Source: an uncultured Gammaproteobacteria bacterium
GTDB taxonomy: Bacteria; Pseudomonadota; Gammaproteobacteria; CAZMMH01
NCBI GenBank assembly: GCA_964567315.1
Contig: CAZMMH010000002.1
Coordinates: 1-29,676, forward strand
Reading direction: 5' to 3'
Length of the DNA stretch: 29,676 nucleotides
Shown here: positions 13,149-22,308 of the stretch, one piece after another
Position numbering within the stretch: position 1 is the first letter of the stretch
How the letters are laid out: the number at the start of each line of letters is the position of its first letter
The notes under the pieces: generated by a model
The model's database searches: none
The model's input: only the letters and a program-made list of their open reading frames with translations
What the model was told of the DNA's origin: nothing
Position numbers and translations under genes: made by a program

Positions 13149-15302
13149 ATGCCGGTGACTCCGTCGGGCCAGGGCGGCAGGGCGGGTACGCGCCATGCGC
13201 GCCGCCTGGCGCGACGCTTCGCGGTCGTCGCGGCCCTGCTCAGCCTGCTGCTCTACTGGTGGCACCCGACCCTGCTGGAGCGGATCGACACCCGTGCCCG
13301 GGACGTGGTGTTCCAGCTGCGTCAGGCGCCGCCGCCGTCACCCCTGGTGGCGGTGGTGGCGGTGGATGAGGCCAGCGTCAAACGCTACGGCCGCTGGCCG
13401 TGGTCGCGGGAACTGCAGGCGCGCCTGATCGAGCGGCTCAAGTCCCTGGGTGCGGCGGTGATCGGTCTGGATATCGTCTATTCCAGCCCCTCGACGCCCG
13501 CCGCCGACCAGGCCCTGGCCAAGGCCCTGGCGGCGCCGGGGGCACCGGTGATCGGCGGCTACTTCTTCCGCGACGTGCAGAGCGTGGCGCCGGCACCCGC
13601 GGCGCTGGCGGTCCTGCGGCGGCATCGCATTGGCGCGGTGCTCGCCAGCCATCCCGGTGCCCGCGCGGCGGCGGTGCCGGACTATCCCCACGTGGAGATC
13701 AGCGAGGTCGGGCTGGCCCGCCGCTTCGCCGGGCTCGGCTTCTTCAACTACATTCCCGATGCCGACGGCCTGGTGAGGGCGGCACCGGTGGTGCTGCGCT
13801 ATCACGGCGACTACTATCCGTCGCTGCCCCTGGCGGCGCTGGCCGAACTCTCGGGCCAGCCGGCGGTACTGAACGTCGACGATGACGGTGTCAGCGGGCT
13901 GCGTCTCGGGCCCCTGGCGCTGCCGGTGGACCGCCTCGGCCGGCTCGAACTCAACTTCTACGACCACAAGCGGCCGGTTCCGCTGCTGAGCGCGGCCTCG
14001 GTGCTGGACGGCAAGATCGACCGGAAGGCCATTGCAGGCAAGCTGATTTTCGTCGGGGTTACCGAGGTCGGCATCGCCGACGTGCGACCGACGCCGATCG
14101 ACGACAGCTTCCCCGGGGTCGCAGTGCACGCCACCGTCGCCTCCAACGTGATCCAGGGCCGCTTCCTCAGCCGCGACCGCGACGCGGTGCTGTTCGACGT
14201 GGCCATGATGGGCCTGCTGCCGCTGTTGATGGTCTGGGCCATCTCCCACTTGCGCCGGCCCTGGGCCATGGCCGCGATCTACCTGGCCACCCTCGGGTTC
14301 GTTTGGGGCGCGTTCTATTACGCCCTGGCGGCTGCGGCCCTGGTGGTCAGCCTGGTCTATCCGCTGATCGGCGTGACCCTGGGCTATCTGGTGTTTCAGA
14401 CCTATCACCAGCTGGTCAGCGAGCGTCAGGGCCGCTTCCTGCGCCAGGCATTCTCCACCTATGTCTCGCCGGCCCTGGTCAACCGCCTGATCCGCGACCC
14501 CGACACCCTCAGCCTGGCGGGGGAAAAACGTCCCATCAGCGTGCTCTTTTCCGACATCCGCGGCTTCACCAGCATCTCCGAGGCAATGAGCCCGGAACAG
14601 CTGGTGGCCCTGTTGCAGCACTATCTCGGGCCGATGACCGATGCGGTGATGGAGGAGAACGGCACCCTCGACAAGTACATCGGCGACGCGGTGATGGCGA
14701 TCTTCAACGCACCGCTGGACGTGGCCGAGCATCCGCGCCACGCGGGCCGCTGCGCCTTGCGCATGCTGGAGCGGCTCGACGACCTCAATCGCGGCTTTCG
14801 CGAGGAGTATGGCGTCTCCCTGCGTATCGGCATCGGCATCCACACCGGCGAGGCGATCGTCGGCAACATGGGCAGCAGCAAGCGCTTCGACTACACCGCC
14901 ATGGGCGACACGGTGAATCTCGCCTCGCGCCTGGAGGGACGGACCAAGGCCTACGGGGTGGAGATCGTGATCTCGGGCGACACCGCGGCACAGCTGGGGG
15001 AGGGCTTCCTGTTGCGCCGGCTCGACCGCATCCGGGTGAAGGGCAAGAGCCGGCCGGTGGAGATTTTCCAGCTCTGCCGCGATCAGCGTCCGGCGACCCG
15101 GGCCCTGGCGGAGCGGTTCGAGGCGGCCCTGGAGCACTATTTCGCCGGCCGTTTCAGCAAGGCGCTGGCGGAATTCCTGGCCCTGGCGGGCGAGTATCCG
15201 GGTGACGCCCCGAGCCGCCTCTACGTGGAGCGTTGCGAGCAGCATATCAATGAACCGCCGGTGGGGGAGTGGGACGGGGTCTTCACCGCGCAGGAAAAGT
15301 GA
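13149..15302 (+). CDS. CHASE2-domain class III adenylyl cyclase with C-terminal TPR-like helices
   Basis: N-terminal TM, CHASE2 motifs (VVAVDEASVKRYGRWPWSR, IGLDIVY, FNYIPDADGLVR, PGVAVHATV), three TM helices, then cyclase motifs LFSDIRGFT, DKYIGDAVMA, IGIHTG and FDYTAMGDTVNLASRLE. Ends in EWDGVFTAQEK. Confidence 0.93.
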   Translation: MPVTPSGQGGRAGTRHARRLARRFAVVAALLSLLLYWWHPTLLERIDTRARDVVFQLRQAPPPSPLVAVVAVDEASVKRYGRWPWSRELQARLIERLKSLGAAVIGLDIVYSSPSTPAADQALAKALAAPGAPVIGGYFFRDVQSVAPAPAALAVLRRHRIGAVLASHPGARAAAVPDYPHVEISEVGLARRFAGLGFFNYIPDADGLVRAAPVVLRYHGDYYPSLPLAALAELSGQPAVLNVDDDGVSGLRLGPLALPVDRLGRLELNFYDHKRPVPLLSAASVLDGKIDRKAIAGKLIFVGVTEVGIADVRPTPIDDSFPGVAVHATVASNVIQGRFLSRDRDAVLFDVAMMGLLPLLMVWAISHLRRPWAMAAIYLATLGFVWGAFYYALAAAALVVSLVYPLIGVTLGYLVFQTYHQLVSERQGRFLRQAFSTYVSPALVNRLIRDPDTLSLAGEKRPISVLFSDIRGFTSISEAMSPEQLVALLQHYLGPMTDAVMEENGTLDKYIGDAVMAIFNAPLDVAEHPRHAGRCALRMLERLDDLNRGFREEYGVSLRIGIGIHTGEAIVGNMGSSKRFDYTAMGDTVNLASRLEGRTKAYGVEIVISGDTAAQLGEGFLLRRLDRIRVKGKSRPVEIFQLCRDQRPATRALAERFEAALEHYFAGRFSKALAEFLALAGEYPGDAPSRLYVERCEQHINEPPVGEWDGVFTAQEK

Positions 15303-15437
15303 GCCGGCCCGCTGCCGCGGCGCGGCACTTGAGTTTTCCGGCGGACCGCCCCACATCGTTTGCACAGAGGCCGGTCGCGCTTGCCCCTGAACGTGGAAGC
15401 GGCGCGCGCGGCGGCCAGGTTTCGGAGAAGTACCCGC

Positions 15438-15872
15438 ATGAGCGAAGCACTGCACATCGTCTGCCCCCATTGCGAGGCGGTAAACCGCATCTCCGGTGCG
15501 CGCCTGGCCGACGGCCCGCGTTGCGGCAAGTGCCATCGGGAGCTGTTCACGGCCCATCCGCTGGAGCTGACCGCGGCCAATTTCCAGCGGCACCTCGAGC
15601 GCAACGATATCCCGCTGTTGGTGGACTTCTGGGCCCCCTGGTGCGGCCCGTGCAAGATGATGGCGCCGCAGTTCCTGCAGGCTGCGGCCCAGTTGGAGCC
15701 GCAGGTGCGCCTGGCCAAGGTCGACACCGAGGCCGAGCAGTCCCTCGGCGCCCGCTTCGGCATCCGCAGCATTCCCACCCTGGCCCTGTTCCGCGGCGGC
15801 CGCGAGCTGGCGCGGCAGGCAGGCGCCATGGGCGCCGCGGACATCATCCGCTGGGTGCGTAGCCAGCTGTAA
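15438..15872 (+). CDS. trxC: Thioredoxin 2 (zinc-finger thioredoxin)
   Basis: N-terminal CPHC...CGKC zinc site and active site WAPWCGPC. ATG 15438 follows a GGAG RBS; 144 aa. Confidence 0.93.
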   Translation: MSEALHIVCPHCEAVNRISGARLADGPRCGKCHRELFTAHPLELTAANFQRHLERNDIPLLVDFWAPWCGPCKMMAPQFLQAAAQLEPQVRLAKVDTEAEQSLGARFGIRSIPTLALFRGGRELARQAGAMGAADIIRWVRSQL

Positions 15873-15887
15873 GCGGGAACCGCCTCC

Positions 15888-16574
15888 TCAGGCGCTTTGC
15901 AGCCGCCCGTCCACCAGGTGGCAGACGGTGTCGAAGCCCTCGATCATGCGCTGGTCGTGGGTGACCGTGATCACGGCGGAGCGGCGCTCCCGGGCGATCC
16001 GGCGCAGCAGTTCCATGACCCGGTGTCCGCGCTCGGTGTCCAGGGAGGCCGTCGGCTCGTCGGCGAAGATGATCGGCGGGGAATTCGCCAGGGCCCGGCC
16101 GATGGCGATGCGCTGCTGTTCGCCGCCGGACATCTCCGCCGGCAGGGCCCTGGCCCGGTGGGCGATTTCCAGGTATTCCAGCAGTTCATCGGCGCGCCGC
16201 CGGGCCGCCGCGGTGGCGGCGCCGTTGAGGGTCAGCGCCAGGGCGATGTTGTCGCGCGCGTTGGCGAAGGGGATCAGATTGTGCTGCTGGAAGATAAAGC
16301 CGATGCGCTCGCGGCGCAGGCGGCGTACGTCGGTATGTACCCGGCCGTCCTTGAATACCTCCTTGCCCTCAATGACCACGCGCCCGCTGCTGGGCAGCTC
16401 GATCAGGGCGATGGAGAGCAGCAGGGTGCTCTTGCCCGAGCCGCTGGGGCCTAGCAGGGCGGCCAGTTCACCGCTGCGCACCGAGAGGTCGATCCCCTTG
16501 AGCGCCTCGATCGCCTGGGCGCCGCTGCCGAAGACCTTGCGCAGCCCCTCAACCCGCAGTACCTCCTGATCCAT
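15888..16574 (-). CDS. ABC transporter ATP-binding protein (MacB/LolD-like NBD), 228 aa
   Basis: Begins MDQEVLRVEGLRKVF. Walker A GPSGSGKST, GFIFQQHNLIP, signature MSGGEQQR, Walker B IIFADEPT, H-loop VTHD. The true start is 16574; the ORF-track start at 17018 runs inside the permease gene. Confidence 0.93.
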   Translation of the reverse strand: MDQEVLRVEGLRKVFGSGAQAIEALKGIDLSVRSGELAALLGPSGSGKSTLLLSIALIELPSSGRVVIEGKEVFKDGRVHTDVRRLRRERIGFIFQQHNLIPFANARDNIALALTLNGAATAAARRRADELLEYLEIAHRARALPAEMSGGEQQRIAIGRALANSPPIIFADEPTASLDTERGHRVMELLRRIARERRSAVITVTHDQRMIEGFDTVCHLVDGRLQSA

Positions 16575-16579
16575 GCCGG

Positions 16580-17773
16580 TCAGCCCCCCAGGGCCATGCG
16601 CGCCGGCGTGCGCAGGGCCTGGACGATGCCCAGGGTGCTGGCCAGGACGCCGCCCGCCAGGATCACCAGGAAGGTGATGAAGGTCTCCTGGGGCAGCATC
16701 ACCAGGGTGCGGGGGAAATGCGGCTGAGCGAGCTGGGCGAAGGTGTAGGCCAGGGCGAAGGCGCCCAGGGTGACCACCATCGACTGTTGCAGGATGAGCG
16801 AGACGATCACCCGGTTGGCTGCGCCCATCAGCTTGAGGGTGGCGATGGACCTGAGCTTCTCGATGGTGAGCACGTAGATCAGCAGCGAGATGATGACCAC
16901 CGCCACCACGATGAGCAGGGCGCGGAACAGCTTGAGCACGGTGCCCATCTTCTTCAGCTTGCCCTCGATCAACAGGGTCCGCTCCTGGGCCGTGGTGTAG
17001 ACGTTGTAGTGCAGCCATTGGCGGATGTGTTCGGCCACCGCCTCGGTGTCGCTGCCGGGAGTGAGGTGCACCAGCACTGCATTGATGGTGCGGCTGGTGC
17101 CCTCGAACAGCGGCAGCAGGCGGCGTGCCTGCTCGCTGCCGAGTCCCGCCGCCTGCAGCCGCGCCAGGGTGTTGGCACGGCTGCGCAGCAGGGCCTCGTT
17201 GTCGAGGTCGTAGAGGACCTCCTGGGCGTCGGGCAGCGCCAGGTAGAGCAGGGGATTGCCGGCGGCATCGACCCCGCCCTTGATCAGGCCGACGATGGTG
17301 TATTGGTGCAGACCGAGGGTCAGCTTCTGCCCCGGCTTGAGCCCCAACTTGGTGTCGGCCACGGCCTGGTAGTGGGCGCGTTCGATCGGGCGGCCGGCCA
17401 CCAGCCCGCGGGGCCCGCCCAGGCCGTCGAAGATGTCGTAGCCGATGATGGTGAACTGGCGTTCGCGGTCACCCACCTGGCGCTGCACGGTGTAGCTGAT
17501 GAACGGCGCCGCCCTGGCCACGCCCGGCACCGCGGCCACGCTGCGGTAGCTGTCCTGAGGCATGCGCGACTGTTCGTTGAAGGGGCCGCCACGGCCCTTT
17601 TCCACGATCCACAGGTCGGAGCCGGTGTTGTCGATCAGCCAGACGCCATCGGCCACGTTGCCGCGGTAGATGCCGTTCATGATCAGGACGATGGCGAGCA
17701 GCAGGCCAACGCCGACGGTGGCACCGGCGAACTTGCCGTAGTGCCTGCGCATGTCCATGAGGGCGAGGTTCAT
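16580..17773 (-). CDS. ABC transporter permease, MacB/FtsX family (type VII, 4-TM with large periplasmic domain)
   Basis: N-terminal TM, long periplasmic region, C-terminal TM block with EKLRSIATLKLMGA (FtsX/MacB ER..EI..L..LGA motif). ATGA overlap with the adaptor gene. Confidence 0.9.
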   Translation of the reverse strand: MNLALMDMRRHYGKFAGATVGVGLLLAIVLIMNGIYRGNVADGVWLIDNTGSDLWIVEKGRGGPFNEQSRMPQDSYRSVAAVPGVARAAPFISYTVQRQVGDRERQFTIIGYDIFDGLGGPRGLVAGRPIERAHYQAVADTKLGLKPGQKLTLGLHQYTIVGLIKGGVDAAGNPLLYLALPDAQEVLYDLDNEALLRSRANTLARLQAAGLGSEQARRLLPLFEGTSRTINAVLVHLTPGSDTEAVAEHIRQWLHYNVYTTAQERTLLIEGKLKKMGTVLKLFRALLIVVAVVIISLLIYVLTIEKLRSIATLKLMGAANRVIVSLILQQSMVVTLGAFALAYTFAQLAQPHFPRTLVMLPQETFITFLVILAGGVLASTLGIVQALRTPARMALGG

Positions 17774-18912
17774 TCGGCTGCGCGCGTCGCCGGGCGGACC
17801 CGGGCCCCCGGCTTTATCCCGCCGGGGCGGGCAATGAGCTGCATGCCGGTCTCCAGCCCGGAGAGGGCGATGGCCTCGCCGTTGGCCACCGGTCCGAGTT
17901 TTACCGGTGTGAACAGGGCGCGTCCACGTTCGACGCGCAGTACCCCGGGCTGGGTGCCGCTCCGGAGCAGGGCCGAGGCCGGAAACATCATGCCCGCGAC
18001 CTGCCCGGTGCGAATGATCGCCTGGGCCTCCTCGCCGATGGCGTAGCGCCGGGGGGTGGAGTCCAGACCCACCTCCACCTCGAGCTCCCGGGTGGAGGGG
18101 TCCGACTGCAGGCCGATGCGCGCCACATGCCCGGCGACCTCCGCACCGGTACGCAATTTGACCTTAGCCGGAAGACCGACCCGGATCGCCGCGCTCTGTG
18201 CTTCGTCCACCCGCATCACCACCCACAGGGTGGCCGGATCGATCAGGCGGAACAGCGGGGTTCCGGGGCTGACGGTCTGTCCGGGTTCGGCGTAACGGCG
18301 TACCACCAGGCCGTGGAACGGTGCGGTGATGCGGGTGTAGCCGAGCTGGGTGGCGAGGACATCGCTTTCCGCGCGCAGCCGGGCGGTTTCCGCCTGGCGT
18401 ACCTTGAGCGTCGCCTCGGCCAGATCCAGTGCGCTGCGCGCGGTGTCGTCGCTGGAGACGCCCTTGTCCAGCTCGGCCTTGGAGATCAGGGCCTTGGCAT
18501 ACAGCGAGCGGGTGCGGGCCAGTTCCTGCTGCGCCAGACGGTTTGCCGCCTTGGCGTGGCTGACGGCGGCCCGGGCGGCCGCCTCCTGGTGCAGGGCCGC
18601 GTTGAGCCCGGCGGCGGCCGAGCGCTGCTGGTTGCGGATCTCCTCGGAATCCAGCGTCGCCATCACGCTGCCGGCGTCCACCGTCTGGCCCTGGTCGACC
18701 GGCAACTGGTCGATCCGGCCACTGATGCGGGCCGCGATGGTGGTGGCGGTGCGCGCCTGGAGCGAACCGGGGCCGTGCACCTGCAGCGGCAGGGCACCGG
18801 GCTCGACGCCGGTGACTGCCACCGTCGCCGTGCGCAGCAGCAGCCACCAGGCGGCGAAGCCGGCCAGGGCGACGGCGGCAAGCAGGGGGAAAAGAAGGGT
18901 GCGGAAACGCAT
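17770..18912 (-). CDS. Periplasmic adaptor / membrane fusion protein (MacA/HlyD-like), 380 aa
   Basis: Start ATG 18912 gives MRFRTLLFPLLAAVALAGFAAWWLLLR (membrane anchor). Lipoyl halves IAARISGRIDQLPVDQGQTV and ITAPFHGLVVRRYAEPGQTVSPG flank an Ala-rich coiled-coil hairpin. Confidence 0.9.
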   Translation of the reverse strand: MRFRTLLFPLLAAVALAGFAAWWLLLRTATVAVTGVEPGALPLQVHGPGSLQARTATTIAARISGRIDQLPVDQGQTVDAGSVMATLDSEEIRNQQRSAAAGLNAALHQEAAARAAVSHAKAANRLAQQELARTRSLYAKALISKAELDKGVSSDDTARSALDLAEATLKVRQAETARLRAESDVLATQLGYTRITAPFHGLVVRRYAEPGQTVSPGTPLFRLIDPATLWVVMRVDEAQSAAIRVGLPAKVKLRTGAEVAGHVARIGLQSDPSTRELEVEVGLDSTPRRYAIGEEAQAIIRTGQVAGMMFPASALLRSGTQPGVLRVERGRALFTPVKLGPVANGEAIALSGLETGMQLIARPGGIKPGARVRPATRAAE

Positions 18913-19030
18913 CAAGGCCGGCCTTATGCAGGAATGCTGGGTGAGGTCGGCGACCTCTTTCGGATTATGGAAGGCGCTGAAGAGACGCGCAAGATTCCGC
19001 CTCCGGGCAGCCTCCGGCCGGGGTGGGAAG

Positions 19031-19039
19031 TGGTATAGT
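19031..19039 (+). promoter_or_regulatory. Extended -10 promoter candidate for ptpA
   Basis: TGGTATAGT (TGn-TATAGT), about 100 nt upstream of the ATG. Followed by TCGCG, as is the rluC element. Confidence 0.45.
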
Positions 19040-19139
19040 TCGCGCTCCACGGGAGGCCCGGCCGCAGCGCTCGCCCAGCGGCTGGCGCCGGTCCCCGGTC
19101 TTCCCGCAGAGTTGAACCAAACCCGAATAGCAGGACGTT

Positions 19140-19619
19140 ATGGAAAAGGCACGAGTGCTGTTTGTCTGCATGGGCAATATCTGCCGTTCGCCCACCGCCG
19201 AGGGGGTGTTTCGCCACCTGGTGGAGACGGGGGGACACACGGCGGGGATCGAAATCGACTCCGCCGGTACCCACTCCTACCACGCCGGCAACCCGCCCGA
19301 TGTCAGGGCCCAGGAGGCGGCGCGGCGCCGGGGTGTCGACCTGAGCGACCTGCGTGCGCGGCGGGTGAATGCCGACGACTTCCACCGCTTCGACTACGTG
19401 CTGGCGATGGACAAGGACAATTTCGCCGATTTGCGACGGATCTGCCCGCCCGGGCAGGAGCACAAGCTGCGCCTGTTCCTGGAATTCGCCGAAGGCCGGC
19501 GGGAGCGCGAGGTGCCGGACCCCTATTACGGTGGCGACAGCGGTTTCGAACAAGTGCTCGACCTGGTGGAAGCGGCGAGCCGGGGGTTGTTGGAGGAGAT
19601 CAAGGGCCGCTTGAAATAG
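19140..19619 (+). CDS. ptpA: Low-molecular-weight protein-tyrosine phosphatase
   Basis: VLFVCMGNICRSPTAEG (C-x5-R P-loop), IDSAGT, VLAMD and EVPDPYYG. Confidence 0.94.
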   Translation: MEKARVLFVCMGNICRSPTAEGVFRHLVETGGHTAGIEIDSAGTHSYHAGNPPDVRAQEAARRRGVDLSDLRARRVNADDFHRFDYVLAMDKDNFADLRRICPPGQEHKLRLFLEFAEGRREREVPDPYYGGDSGFEQVLDLVEAASRGLLEEIKGRLK

Positions 19620-19643
19620 GGCCGCGCGCGCCGTCGGGCGCAG

Positions 19644-19679
19644 AAAAAAAGGCCGGCGGTGAAGACCGCCGGCCTTTTT
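19644..19679. terminator. Bidirectional rho-independent terminator between convergent ptpA and rne
   Basis: AAAAAAA-GGCCGGCGGT-GAAG-ACCGCCGGCC-TTTTT: perfect 10-bp GC stem with A/T tracts on both sides. Confidence 0.9.
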
Positions 19680-19698
19680 CGTGCCGGCTCCGCCGGTC

Positions 19699-22308
19699 TC
19701 AGTCTTCGCCGTGGCTGCCGGAGGAGGCGGGTGCCGGTTCGGGACGCTTGGGCGCCTCGGACGGTTCGCTCTTCGCTGCGGGTTCGGCTGCCGGCTGGGG
19801 CGCCGGTTTGGGCGCCGCCTCCGCCGCCGGGCGGGCAGGTTCCGCCGCTGGTGCCGGCGCGGGCTTCGGTGCCTCGGCCGGCTTTGCGGCCTCCACCGGG
19901 CGCGGGGTCTCGACCGGCTTCGGCGCTTCCGCCGGTTTGGCCGGCTCGCCGGGCTTCACCGCTGCGCTCGGCTTTGTGGCTTCGCTCGGGCGGGGTGCCG
20001 TGGGTGCCGCGGCCTCGGCCGGTTTTGCCGCGGCTTCGCTGGGCTTGGCGCTTTCGGCCGGTTTCGCTGCCGCGGCGGCCGGGGCCTTCGGCTGGGACGC
20101 TCCGCGCTGGGGGCGCTGAGCGTCGTTCTCGCCGCCGCTCTTGCTTTCGCCACTCGCCTTGCCGCCGTTCTCGTCGCCGGAGGTCGCACTGGCGTCGGCA
20201 TTTTCCTCGTTGCGGCGGCTTTCACCACCGCGGCGGCGTCCGCGTCCGCCACGACGACCGCGCCTGGAGCGGCCCTCGCCGCTGGGCCGCTCTTCGCCGG
20301 CCTTATCCTCGCCACCGCGGGCGGTGCGCTGCTCGCCGGCACCTTCGGCGGCTGCGGCCTTTTTCGGCGCTTGGGCGGCGCCGCGGCGCTCGCCCTGGGA
20401 CTCGCCGCGCTGACGGCGGCCAGCCGATTCTTCGGCGCCCTGGTCACCGCCGGAACGACGGGAACGGCCGGAGCCGCCGCCGGAGCCGCCGCGGCGACGA
20501 CCGGAGCCGCTGCTGCGGCCGCTGTCGCGTCCGCCCTCGCTGCTCTGGCGGCGGCGGGGCTTGCTCGGCTCGGGCTTTTCCACCGGCTCCTCTTCCTTGG
20601 CGCTGCCGGAAAAGAGGTGGGAGAACAGCCGGCGGATGATGCCGGGGCTGCTGGGTTCGGCCTTGGTGTAGGTGGGCTCGGGCTGCGGTTGCTGGGCCGG
20701 GACCGGGGTGGCCGGGGCCACGCCGCGGACCGCCGGCACCTCGAGGGCGGCGTTGGCCTCGGCAGGCGTGGGCGCCTCGGGGCTCTCCGGCTCGGTGACC
20801 ATGCGGTAGCTGAGTTCGCGCTCCTTCGGCAGTTCGTCGTCGCGCAGGCGCACGACGTCGTAGTGGGGCGTCTCCAGATACGGGTTGGGGATCAGTACCA
20901 CGCCGATGCCGTGGCGTGCCTCGATGTTGGTGATGACGTCGCGCTTCTCGTTGAGCAGGAAGGTGGCCACCTCGACCGGCAGCTGGGCGTGGACCTCGCC
21001 GGTCTTCTCCTTCATGGCGTTCTCCTCCACCAGGCGGAGAATGGCCAGGGCCAGGGATTCGACGCCGCGAATGGTGCCCTGGCCCTTGCAGCGGGGGCAG
21101 ACCACCTGGCTCGATTCGCCGAGCGAGGGGCGCAGGCGCTGGCGCGACATCTCCAGCAGGCCGAAGCGGGAGATGCGCCCGATCTGCACCCGGGCACGGT
21201 CCACCTTGAGCGCTTCGCGCAGGCGGTTCTCCACCTCACGCTGGTTCTTGGCCGGGGTCATGTCGATGAAGTCGATCACCACCAGGCCGCCGAGGTCGCG
21301 CAGGCGCATCTGCCGGGCGATTTCGTCGGCCGCCTCAAGATTGGTGTTGAGGGCGGTCTCTTCGATGTCGGCACCCTTGGTGGCGCGGGCCGAGTTGACG
21401 TCGATCGAGACCAGGGCCTCGGTGTGGTCGATCACGATGGCGCCACCGGAGGGCAGGCGCACCTCGCGGGTAAAGGCCGACTCGATCTGGGATTCGATCT
21501 GGTAGCGGGTGAACAGCGGCACGTCGTCCTGATACAGCTTGAGCTTGTTCAGGCTGTGCGGCATCACCTGGCGCATGAAGTCTTCGGCCTGGGCATACAC
21601 GTCGGGGGCGTCGACCAGAATCTCGCCGATGTCGTTGCGCAGGTTGTCGCGCAGGGCGCGGATGATGATGTTGCTTTCCTGGTAGATCAGCACGGGGGCC
21701 GAGTGCTCGGCGGCGGCCTTGGAGATGGCCTCCCACACCTGGAGCAGGTAATCGAGGTCCCACTGCAGCTCTTCCGCGTTGCGGCCGACGCCGGCGGTGC
21801 GCACGATCAGGCCCATGTCCTCGGGGATATCCAACTCGCGCATGGCGTCGCGGATCTCGGAGCGGTCGACGCCCTCGATACGCCGGGAGACGCCGCCGGC
21901 GCGGGGGTTGTTGGGCATCAGCACCAGGTAACGGCCGGCCAGGCTGATGAAGGTGGTCAGGGCGGCGCCCTTGTTGCCGCGCTCCTCCTTCTCCACCTGC
22001 ACCACCACCTCCTGGCCTTCGCGCAGGGCGTCCTTGATGCTCACGCGGCCGGAGGCGGCGGCGGCCTCTTCGCTGAAGAAGCTGCGGGAAACCTCCTTGA
22101 GGGGCAGGAAGCCGTGGCGCTCGGCGCCATAGTCGATGAACGCGGCCTCCAGGCTGGGCTCTACGCGGGTGATCTTACCCTTGTAGATATTGGATTTTTT
22201 CTGCTCGCGCGAAGGGGTCTCGATGTCGAGGTCGTAGAGCTTCTGGCCATCGACCATGGCCACCCGCAACTCTTCGGGCTGAGTTGCGTTGATTAGCATT
22301 CTTTTCAT
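19699..22308 (-). CDS. rne: Ribonuclease E, 869 aa
   Basis: Starts [31 protein letters not shown]1 domain ([10 protein letters not shown]), [17 protein letters not shown], Zn-link CPRCKGQG, amphipathic membrane-targeting [13 protein letters not shown], Arg-rich segments and a long disordered tail. Confidence 0.98.
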   Translation of the reverse strand: MKRMLINATQPEELRVAMVDGQKLYDLDIETPSREQKKSNIYKGKITRVEPSLEAAFIDYGAERHGFLPLKEVSRSFFSEEAAAASGRVSIKDALREGQEVVVQVEKEERGNKGAALTTFISLAGRYLVLMPNNPRAGGVSRRIEGVDRSEIRDAMRELDIPEDMGLIVRTAGVGRNAEELQWDLDYLLQVWEAISKAAAEHSAPVLIYQESNIIIRALRDNLRNDIGEILVDAPDVYAQAEDFMRQVMPHSLNKLKLYQDDVPLFTRYQIESQIESAFTREVRLPSGGAIVIDHTEALVSIDVNSARATKGADIEETALNTNLEAADEIARQMRLRDLGGLVVIDFIDMTPAKNQREVENRLREALKVDRARVQIGRISRFGLLEMSRQRLRPSLGESSQVVCPRCKGQGTIRGVESLALAILRLVEENAMKEKTGEVHAQLPVEVATFLLNEKRDVITNIEARHGIGVVLIPNPYLETPHYDVVRLRDDELPKERELSYRMVTEPESPEAPTPAEANAALEVPAVRGVAPATPVPAQQPQPEPTYTKAEPSSPGIIRRLFSHLFSGSAKEEEPVEKPEPSKPRRRQSSEGGRDSGRSSGSGRRRGGSGGGSGRSRRSGGDQGAEESAGRRQRGESQGERRGAAQAPKKAAAAEGAGEQRTARGGEDKAGEERPSGEGRSRRGRRGGRGRRRGGESRRNEENADASATSGDENGGKASGESKSGGENDAQRPQRGASQPKAPAAAAAKPAESAKPSEAAAKPAEAAAPTAPRPSEATKPSAAVKPGEPAKPAEAPKPVETPRPVEAAKPAEAPKPAPAPAAEPARPAAEAAPKPAPQPAAEPAAKSEPSEAPKRPEPAPASSGSHGED

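Noticed and set aside
3836-19139. Recent genomic island or prophage
   Set aside because: No integrase, transposase, phage gene, tRNA target or att-like direct repeat was seen, and there is no obvious GC drop in the coding regions.
19681-22296. 871-aa + strand ORF antisense to rne (likewise 495-1847, 1853-3781, 6258-8339, 13338-15593, 18350-20119 and 27920-29545)
   Set aside because: These are shadow ORFs of high-GC genes: each lies opposite or across a motif-supported gene, has biased Gly/Ala/Arg/Val composition and shows no family motifs.
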